A DNA stretch of 48,785 bases from an uncultured Candidatus Saccharibacteria bacterium (GTDB lineage: Bacteria > Patescibacteriota > UBA1384 > XYA2-FULL-43-10 > 1-14-0-10-43-13): positions 29,663 to 78,447 of the forward strand of contig CAYOQP010000003.1 in NCBI GenBank assembly GCA_964406145.1, in the 5' to 3' direction. This document shows positions 42,734-48,785 of this stretch, in pieces. A program made the translations under genes and the position numbers. Under the pieces are notes generated by a model, which did no database searches, was not told the origin of the DNA, and saw only the letters and a program-made list of their open reading frames with translations. Numbering within the stretch: the stretch's first letter is position 1; every line of letters begins with the position of its first letter.

Positions 42734-43633
42734 ATGAAAGAATTCTTTTTCACAATCCTCTATCAGCCGCTTTATAATTTTCTTATTTTGATAGCGTGGC
42801 TTCTGCCTGGCCATTCTATAGCTTTGTCAATCATTATTCTGACAATCATTATCAGGCTTATTCTTTTGCCAAGCTCGTTTAAAGCAGCTAAATTGCAAGT
42901 TAAAAATCTAGAGATTCAGCCCAAAATAAATAAAATTAGAGCTGAGATCAAAGATCAGAAAGAACAGTCTCAGGCCCTGATGGATTTATACAAGAATGAA
43001 GGCGTCTCGCCTTTCGGCTCTTGTTTGCCACTTTTAATCCAGCTTCCCATTCTTATCGTTCTTTATCAGGTTTTTAGAAGCGGTCTGACTGTTGATAGCT
43101 TTTCTGATCTTTACTCCTTTATGCCGAGACCAGAAACATTAAACACTCTATTTTTTGGCTTGGACATGACGAAGTCTGATCCGTGGATCTTGCCTATAAT
43201 TGCGGGTCTTTTGCAACTTGGTCTGTCGTTCTTAACAATGCCGCCAAAGCCAAAGACCGAAGAGACTAAATCTGATCCAATGGCGATGATGAGTCGTCAA
43301 ATGTTGTTTCTATTGCCAATAACAACGGTACTCTTCGGCCGTGCAATGCCATCAGCCCTTGTTATTTATTGGATAGTCACGACTGCTTTTAGTCTTGTCC
43401 AGCAATGGTATGTAAACAGAATGATAAAAGAGGAGAAGGAAAGATTGGCCGAAAAGGAGCCAGCAACATCGACTATTTCGACCAAAGAGGAAAAAGCCCT
43501 GATAGCTGATAGTACTTCGGCCAAAGAAGACAAGAAAAAAAATCTTATGTTTAACATAATGAACAAGCGTCTCGAAAAACAAGAAAAGAAGTCGGGAGTT
43601 AACGTAACGGTACGAACAAAAAAGAGGTCTTAG
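42734..43633 (+). CDS. yidC: Membrane protein insertase YidC (short, Gram-positive/CPR type)
   Basis: The motifs are ILTIIIRLILLP, KLQVKNLEIQPKINKIR, LYKNEGVSPFGSCLPLLIQLPILIVLYQ and LVIYWIVTTAFSLVQQ. The C-terminal tail is basic. Confidence 0.9.
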   Translation: MKEFFFTILYQPLYNFLILIAWLLPGHSIALSIIILTIIIRLILLPSSFKAAKLQVKNLEIQPKINKIRAEIKDQKEQSQALMDLYKNEGVSPFGSCLPLLIQLPILIVLYQVFRSGLTVDSFSDLYSFMPRPETLNTLFFGLDMTKSDPWILPIIAGLLQLGLSFLTMPPKPKTEETKSDPMAMMSRQMLFLLPITTVLFGRAMPSALVIYWIVTTAFSLVQQWYVNRMIKEEKERLAEKEPATSTISTKEEKALIADSTSAKEDKKKNLMFNIMNKRLEKQEKKSGVNVTVRTKKRS

Positions 43634-43645
43634 ACCTCTTTTTTA
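43621..43645. terminator. Bidirectional terminator hairpin shared by yidC and the convergent tRNA-Ser
   Basis: AAGAGGTC (43622..43629) pairs with GACCTCTT (43633..43640). The loop is 3 nt and includes part of the yidC TAG. T-tracts lie on both strands. Confidence 0.6.
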
Positions 43646-43660
43646 AATCATTCATTTTTT

Positions 43661-43750
43661 TGGCGGAAGGTAGAGGATTTGAACCTCTGAGGATATTGCT
43701 ACCCAACTGGTGTTCGAGACCAGCGCCATAAACCACTCGGCCAACCTTCC
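43661..43750 (-). tRNA. tRNA-Ser (anticodon CGA), long variable arm, CCA encoded
   Basis: The minus strand reads GGAAGGTTGGCCGAGTGGTTTATGGCGCTGGTCTCGAACACCAGTTGGGTAGCAATATCCTCAGAGGTTCAAATCCTCTACCTTCCGCCA. The acceptor stem is GGAAGGT/ACCTTCC. The anticodon stem is CTGGT/ACCAG with loop CTCGAAC. The T arm is AGAGG-TTCAAAT-CCTCT, and the variable arm has a 5-bp stem. Confidence 0.9.
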
Positions 43751-43838
43751 TTTGTTGTTCGATATAGTCATATTATTTAACAAGACTAATCGCAATGGAA
43801 ATCATAGCACAGTTGATCTCAAATTTCCATATTTTTAT

Positions 43839-43867
43839 TAGACAATAAACTGACTTTGTTTTATAAT
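43839..43867 (+). promoter_or_regulatory. Promoter candidate TAGACA-17 nt-TATAAT ending 7 nt before the pilB-like ATG (leaderless-type)
   Basis: TAGACA lies at 43839..43844, TATAAT at 43862..43867 and the ATG at 43875. No SD lies between them. Confidence 0.45.
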
Positions 43868-43874
43868 TTAGTCT

Positions 43875-45521
43875 ATGGTAGACGTCAACAGAACAATTTT
43901 TTTCCTGAATCGCCAACAAGAGGAACAGCACGCTAAGGATCGAGCTGCTAGATTGGGTATATCCTATATCGATCTAGCTGGATATCCTTTGGTCAAAGAG
44001 GTGCTTGATTTTATTCCCCAAGAGAAAGCAATGCAGTTTCAAGTGATACCATACCTAAAAGTGGGCAATGATATAAAAATTGGTGTTGTAGATCCACAGA
44101 ATACAGAAACAGCCACATATTTAAAGCAACTAGAGGCGTCAACGAAAAGACACTTTATTGTGACTCTTATCTCTAGGTCCAGTCTTTATTATGGCGTTTC
44201 TTTCTACCAAAAATTTATTGCTGAAGCTGAAGCTAAAAAGGAAGCAGCTATACCGAAAAACGACGGCCCATCTTTTAATATAACTGATCTCAAATCGGCT
44301 GCTGAGGCGGCCAAAAAAGTTAACACAACAAAGTTGCTTGACACGATAATTTTGGCGGCAATCAAACTGAATTCTTCTGATATACATTTTGAGCCATATG
44401 AAGATGCTTTTTTGACAAGATACCGTGTCGATGGGGTCTTGCAAGATGTTGTGAAATTGCCTCTGCAACAATACAAACAGCTTGTTTCACGAATTAAATT
44501 CATGGCCAAGTTAAGAATGGATATTATCGACAAACCACAAGATGGTCGATTTTCATTTTCTGTTCCCCCGGACATTAATATAGACCTGAGGGTTTCGATC
44601 ATGCCCTCATCTTCAGGCGAGTCGATTGTTTTAAGACTTCTTGGACAGGAAAAATCGATTTTACAGCTTGATAAGCTTGGTTTTAGGCCTGATGCTCAAG
44701 TGGCAATCAAGGAAGCAATCTCCAAGCCTCATGGTATGATTTTGACATCTGGTCCAACTGGATCTGGAAAATCTTCAACTCTCTACGCTCTTTTGATGGA
44801 ATTAAAAAAACCAGGTATTAAGATTATAACTTTGGAAGATCCGGTTGAATATAAGATTCCTGGAATCGAGCAAAGCCAGGTCCAGCCAGACAAGGGATAC
44901 ACTTTTGCTGATGGTCTCAGAGCCTCTCTACGCCAAGATCCTGACATTTTAATGGTCGGAGAGATACGTGACTTAGAAACTGCCGAAATAGCTGTCCAGG
45001 CGGCCTTAACGGGTCATTTGCTTTTATCGACGATTCATGCCAATACAGCACCGGCGGTTTATGCTCGACTTTTGGAGATTGGCGTTAAGCCATTCTTACT
45101 TTCTGGCTCCATAAACTTAATTATGGCTCAGAGGTTGGTGCGAAAAGTTTGTCCGTATTGTGCTCAAAAATATCAACCGACACCAGAAATTTGGCAAAAT
45201 GTTGTGACAACGCTCGCTCCAATAAAAGCACAATTGCCACCAGAATTAATAAATAAGCTTAATTCTGTATCCCCAGAGTTAGTTCATGGAGCTGGGTGCG
45301 ACAAATGTAATAAATCTGGCTTTATTGGCAGACAGGTAATTGTAGAAATATTAGTTCCAAACGATACGGTGGAAACCTTGATAGCAAAGAGTGCTTCAAT
45401 CTCTGAATTCGAAAAAGCTGCTGCTGCAATGGGTATGATTACTATGGAACAAGATGGTCTAACCAAAGCTCTGGCCGGAGAAACAACGCTTGAGGAGGTC
45501 TGGAGGGTTACGAGGGGCTAG
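43875..45521 (+). CDS. GspE/PilB-family type II secretion / type IV pilus assembly ATPase
   Basis: An N-terminal T2SSE_N-like domain is followed by Walker A SGPTGSGKSST, the Asp box, Walker B PDILMVGEIRD and the His box GHLLLSTIHAN. The tetracysteine motif is CPYC..CDKC. Confidence 0.85.
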   Translation: MVDVNRTIFFLNRQQEEQHAKDRAARLGISYIDLAGYPLVKEVLDFIPQEKAMQFQVIPYLKVGNDIKIGVVDPQNTETATYLKQLEASTKRHFIVTLISRSSLYYGVSFYQKFIAEAEAKKEAAIPKNDGPSFNITDLKSAAEAAKKVNTTKLLDTIILAAIKLNSSDIHFEPYEDAFLTRYRVDGVLQDVVKLPLQQYKQLVSRIKFMAKLRMDIIDKPQDGRFSFSVPPDINIDLRVSIMPSSSGESIVLRLLGQEKSILQLDKLGFRPDAQVAIKEAISKPHGMILTSGPTGSGKSSTLYALLMELKKPGIKIITLEDPVEYKIPGIEQSQVQPDKGYTFADGLRASLRQDPDILMVGEIRDLETAEIAVQAALTGHLLLSTIHANTAPAVYARLLEIGVKPFLLSGSINLIMAQRLVRKVCPYCAQKYQPTPEIWQNVVTTLAPIKAQLPPELINKLNSVSPELVHGAGCDKCNKSGFIGRQVIVEILVPNDTVETLIAKSASISEFEKAAAAMGMITMEQDGLTKALAGETTLEEVWRVTRG

Positions 45522-47027
45522 TTATTTCTTTCTAAACAACACAGATATTTCGTCTCTGTACACTTCTTCCCAATTTTCAGAATTTTCTAAATATAAAAGC
45601 AGATAATTTTTGTTCATGTCGTTTTCTGTCAATTTTTTTTGCTTTAATATCCAAATATTTAAGAAATCAAACTTGTGGAGAGATCGTCGTCGCGTATCAA
45701 CCATTGCGCAAGAGATGTTATATCTTATTATGTTTTCCTCTATTATTTTAGGGTTGTGTGATTCAAAATCGTTCCTGATTTCTAAAATAGATTTATTTGT
45801 GCTTTCTGGCGCTATTGTTTGTGGTCCTCTACCATCAATAAATACTTTTTGTTTTTGATTTGCCCAGACTAAATATCCGCCCCAATCGTATGGATTTAAA
45901 AAATTTCCAGAGTTTTGACAAGTTTGATTCTCAATCATAAAGGCAACTGCTTTTTTGGGATAAGAGTCATTGTTAAATGGCTCTGACCAAGCGTCTCTGC
46001 TTATCCTCAAATTTATCAATATTGCAGATATTATAAAAAACAAGGGAATAAAGACAAAAAGAGACTGTGTTTTTTTGGTTATTCTTGTTGTTATAAAAAA
46101 ATTGTCTATAGATCTCACAAAAGCTGGCAGAACTACAATTACCGCAATAGGAAAATAACGACTAAAAATTATTCCCAATAAAGAAAAAAAACAAATAAGT
46201 AATAGCTCATTTCTCGGTATTTTTTTAAAGTAAGAGTCAATTGTTAAAAAGAAGATGATCAAGCCCATGATTGTCAGATACCAAATATTTATAGGAAAAC
46301 TAAATATGGGCAACCATTCCTCAATATTAAAAAGATAGTAACTGTTGGTGGCGTAACTATCGATTAATTGCCAATAACTAATATTGTTTGGATTAATCAT
46401 TAGCGCCAAAACCAATGTGATTACAAGTATAAATATTTTAACGATTATTTTTTTGTAATCCTTCCTTAAAAAAGAAAGATCAAGCTCTAGCAAAAAAGGA
46501 ACTGGCAATAAGGTTATAATGCCGCCATGAAGATTATTGCCTACTGCTACTAAGAGAAAATATAAAAGTAGACGCATTCGAAATTGTTTTATGACGTTTT
46601 TTACCAAAATAAATATTGCCACCGCCAAAAACAAAAGATACTGGACGCGAATACCATCAAAAGTAAAAAATAAAGCAGTTGCTACAGTTAAACAGCCAAT
46701 CATCCGAGATGTTGCTAGTCGAGCATTTGTTTTGACTATTTTGATTATCAATAAGCCCAGAATTAAGCAACCGAGCAGAGTGATTAATATTAAAGACCAG
46801 TATCCAAATTTCTCGTAGAGCTGATATAGTATTAGGTCGGACAACCATTCATGATCTGGAATTGAAAGATCCTGGAAATAATTGTATCCAATTGCTTTTG
46901 TAATAAGAGCATGACTCTCAGACATTTTTTGACCAAGAAAGAGATGCCATCCAAAATCTGGATCAAGTGACAATGTGGCTTTTATTCCGATAAATGCAAA
47001 AATTGGCAAAACAAGCAAATAAATCAT
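45522..47027 (-). CDS. Polytopic membrane protein (>=10 helices) with a ~130-aa C-terminal soluble domain; possible GT-C-fold glycosyltransferase
   Basis: 501 aa. The first loop carries an acidic motif (DLSIPDHEWLSD). The C-terminal region reads NPYDWGGYLVWANQKQKVFIDGRG. It appears AT-rich relative to its neighbours. Its stop abuts the stop of the convergent ATPase gene with 0 nt between. The function is inferred from architecture only. Confidence 0.3.
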   Translation of the reverse strand: MIYLLVLPIFAFIGIKATLSLDPDFGWHLFLGQKMSESHALITKAIGYNYFQDLSIPDHEWLSDLILYQLYEKFGYWSLILITLLGCLILGLLIIKIVKTNARLATSRMIGCLTVATALFFTFDGIRVQYLLFLAVAIFILVKNVIKQFRMRLLLYFLLVAVGNNLHGGIITLLPVPFLLELDLSFLRKDYKKIIVKIFILVITLVLALMINPNNISYWQLIDSYATNSYYLFNIEEWLPIFSFPINIWYLTIMGLIIFFLTIDSYFKKIPRNELLLICFFSLLGIIFSRYFPIAVIVVLPAFVRSIDNFFITTRITKKTQSLFVFIPLFFIISAILINLRISRDAWSEPFNNDSYPKKAVAFMIENQTCQNSGNFLNPYDWGGYLVWANQKQKVFIDGRGPQTIAPESTNKSILEIRNDFESHNPKIIEENIIRYNISCAMVDTRRRSLHKFDFLNIWILKQKKLTENDMNKNYLLLYLENSENWEEVYRDEISVLFRKK

Positions 47028-47070
47028 ACTAATAACGTATCATAGTGGGTTTTTTTGTAAAAGTAATACT

Positions 47071-47104
47071 AAAAAAGCCTCAAAATTATAGAAGAGGCTT
47101 TTTT
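47071..47104. terminator. Rho-independent terminator after the pilin gene cluster (symmetrical A/T tracts)
   Basis: AAGCCTC (47075..47081) pairs with GAGGCTT (47094..47100). It is flanked by AAAAA and TTTT. Confidence 0.6.
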
Positions 47105-47132
47105 AGCTGCGTTCAGTATCTATTGAATCGAT

Positions 47133-47447
47133 TTAAGAAATGCCGCCTTTAAGTGCGGTAACTAGACCCCATGCGAGAGCAATGATAATTATACCGATAA
47201 TGGCGTTAATAATTCCCTGTCCACCCTTCTTGGCTTGATCTGGGTTGCCAGCTGCAGTGATGTAAAGAAAGCCAGAATAAATTAGATAGAAGAAAGCGAC
47301 GATACCAGCAATGATTGCGATCCAGTTGGTTAAAGTTCCAAGAATCTGATTTAAATTCTGTGATCCTCCAATATCAATTTTGAGTTCACTAGCGTTCCTG
47401 TTAGCGGTCGTGTTACCCAGAGCAAGGGTTTTTTGAATTAGATCCAT
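47133..47447 (-). CDS. VirB2/TrbC-type T4SS pilin-like protein (paralogue 1)
   Basis: 104 aa. Helix 1 is WIAIIAGIVAFFYLIYSGFLYITAAGNPDQAKKG and helix 2 is INAIIGIIIIALAWGLV. This is the two-helix hairpin with the AGxxP-x-KAKK loop typical of T4SS pilins of monoderms/CPR. A GGAGG SD precedes the start. Confidence 0.6.
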   Translation of the reverse strand: MDLIQKTLALGNTTANRNASELKIDIGGSQNLNQILGTLTNWIAIIAGIVAFFYLIYSGFLYITAAGNPDQAKKGGQGIINAIIGIIIIALAWGLVTALKGGIS

Positions 47448-47469
47448 AATCCTCCTGTTATATTTTTTA

Positions 47470-47790
47470 TTAGTTTATGATCTGTTTTTTTATAATATAG
47501 ACTAGTGTATTGGCTAGAGCCAAGAAAACTACGCCGATTATCGCCCAAAAGATTGTTTTTTTGGCTGTTTCGGCCTTTGAGTCATCTCCATAAGCCGTAA
47601 CATACAAAAAGGCGCCGTACAGAATAATTATAACAGCGAGCATGCCGACAATGTCAAGGGCTATGGCAAAAATTTGCTGGATAAAACTAATAACACTGCC
47701 GAGATCTTTGCTTGGATCAGCACCATTGAAATTATTTAGGATGTCGCCCAAAGTTTTCAGAGCATAAGATTTTTCAACTAAAGAAATCAT
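47470..47790 (-). CDS. VirB2/TrbC-type T4SS pilin-like protein (paralogue 2)
   Basis: 106 aa with the same architecture: LDIVGMLAVIIILYGAFLYVTAYGDDSKAETAKKTIFWAIIGVVFLALANTLV. An ATGA overlap couples it to the upstream gene. Confidence 0.6.
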   Translation of the reverse strand: MISLVEKSYALKTLGDILNNFNGADPSKDLGSVISFIQQIFAIALDIVGMLAVIIILYGAFLYVTAYGDDSKAETAKKTIFWAIIGVVFLALANTLVYIIKKQIIN

Positions 47791-48785
47791 GCCAAACCTG
47801 CCTTTTTCAACTCCGCTATCACCAAAGTAATTATAATATAAGAGAATATTGCCACAAAAATTCCGATAATGCCATATAGTATTGCTTTTTTACCCTTTGC
47901 TGCTTTAGTCGGATCCCCAGCTGAGGACATTATTTCTATCCCCCCTACCGATATAGATATAAAAGCTAGAATTCCAATCAAAACCGGAAAGATATTTGCA
48001 AGTAAAAAGTCGAATATTCCTTCAACGGTTTTAAGGTCTGGCTTAAGTCCAGACAAAGCAAGCAGTCTGTTGCCGCTAACAGTCGGATTGAATGTCTCTG
48101 TTGGTATTGTTGGGGTATTTGGGTCTACTGGATCGTTGGGGTCTGTGGGTTGATTCGGTGCTGTACAAGTTGAAGCGTTGGCTGCACAAACCCTGACGTA
48201 GCGAATCGCTGATTTTGGTTCAGCACTGGGATTGCCAAATGATTGTCCGGCGTCTTGAATATTAGCGATAAAGCCGTGGCTGTTGACGCTACTGCCAGAA
48301 TAGTCCCACTGAAAAGAACAAGTTGTTAGGCTTTTTCTTGTTTTCAAAATCCAGCCACCAGCTCCATCTCCAATGTAAATGTAACATTCCTTGCCTGATA
48401 GGGTTGGACTAGTTGGATTTGATACTGTGGCGCTTATATTTACAGGGGTGATACTTCCTCCTGCGGCCGGAAGCTTGACAGCGGCTGGATTAACAGAGAG
48501 TCCAATTGCGGGTACAGGACTGCATGTTCCGGTGCAAACATTAACAACTTCCGAAACAAAAGGTGAGGGCAGTGATGCTGGATTTGTTGCTGTTCCAATA
48601 ATAGTAGAGCCAACATCGGTAAGGGTCACGCCGACAGTGTGCCAGCCGATGAGAGTGCTCGAAGCTGATTGCCACTTTAAAACACAACTTGTGTTGTGGT
48701 CTTGTTTATAATAAGTTCCTTCGCCATTCCCAACATAAAGAAAACATTCTTGAGTGGTAGTTTTGTTTTGGAGAGAAGCGGTTAC
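47787..48785 (-). CDS. Large pilin-domain protein: repeated Cys-containing beta-rich N-modules, Pro-rich linker, C-terminal VirB2-type pilin hairpin; N-terminus beyond the window
   Basis: The track starts it at GTG 48629. Hand translation shows the frame stays open to 48785: VTASLQNKTTTQECFLYVGNGEGTYYKQDHNTSCVLKWQSASSTLIGWHTVGVTLTD. The upstream segment ECFLYVGNGEG..C..KWQ repeats the internal ECYIYIGDGAGG..C.FQW. The C-terminus is VLIGILAFISISVGGIEIMSSAGDPTKAAKGKKAILYGIIGIFVAIFSYII. Confidence 0.6.
   Translation of the reverse strand, partial: VTASLQNKTTTQECFLYVGNGEGTYYKQDHNTSCVLKWQSASSTLIGWHTVGVTLTDVGSTIIGTATNPASLPSPFVSEVVNVCTGTCSPVPAIGLSVNPAAVKLPAAGGSITPVNISATVSNPTSPTLSGKECYIYIGDGAGGWILKTRKSLTTCSFQWDYSGSSVNSHGFIANIQDAGQSFGNPSAEPKSAIRYVRVCAANASTCTAPNQPTDPNDPVDPNTPTIPTETFNPTVSGNRLLALSGLKPDLKTVEGIFDFLLANIFPVLIGILAFISISVGGIEIMSSAGDPTKAAKGKKAILYGIIGIFVAIFSYIIITLVIAELKKAGLA

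Noticed and set aside
9275-43750. Idea that the T4SS-like block is an ICE bounded by the tyrosine recombinase (9275..10297) and tRNA-Ser (43661..43750)
   Set aside because: The interval contains uppP, dnaA, dnaN, recF, rpmH, rnpA, yidC and the origin itself. The recombinase looks like housekeeping XerC/D. No direct repeat of the tRNA 3' end was seen.
1-48785. Possible alternative genetic code (UGA recoding, as in some CPR lineages)
   Set aside because: TGA terminates well-defined genes at sensible lengths, for example femX at 7290..7292 and ORF 26116 at 28429..28431. Conserved proteins (DnaA, RecF, VirB4, PilB) are full length without in-frame TGA.

Overview
The window looks like the replication-origin neighbourhood of a small, AT-rich, tightly packed genome. 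By gene content it is monoderm-like and most plausibly Patescibacteria/CPR; this is inference, no search was possible. The standard genetic code applies, since TGA, TAA and TAG all terminate good ORFs.

Left 12 kb: envelope and housekeeping genes.
- A glycosyltransferase truncated by the window edge and missing from the ORF track.
- A Wzm/Wzt-type ABC exporter, GtrA, DedA, TsaD and FemX-MurE.
- A four-helix-bundle (rRNA-IVS-type) gene bracketed by inverted repeats at the 3' end of a XerC/D recombinase gene.
- PAP2 and UppP, two unrelated undecaprenyl-diphosphate phosphatases.

Centre (12.4-37.4 kb): one co-directional, translationally coupled block of 11 genes that reads as a Gram-positive-type type IV secretion (T4SS)-like machine.
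- It encodes a VirB6-like polytopic protein, a PrgI/VirB3-like protein, a VirB4 ATPase preceded by a VirB4-N-domain-like paralogue, and a three-domain cell-wall hydrolase.
- It also encodes a PEGA plus beta-propeller protein, a protein with duplicated Ig-like domains and a degenerate LytM domain, and a 2998-aa membrane-anchored giant protein.
- No coupling protein, relaxase or VirB11 is visible. This block is the main candidate for an undescribed system.

Right: DUF721(DciA-like)-recF-dnaN-dnaA lie divergent from rpmH-rnpA-yidD-yidC, with DnaA boxes on both sides of dnaA. Beyond them come tRNA-Ser(CGA), a PilB/GspE-type ATPase, a polytopic membrane protein and three tandem VirB2-type pilin paralogues. 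The last pilin gene runs off the window.

All family assignments come from motifs read by eye. None is a database result.
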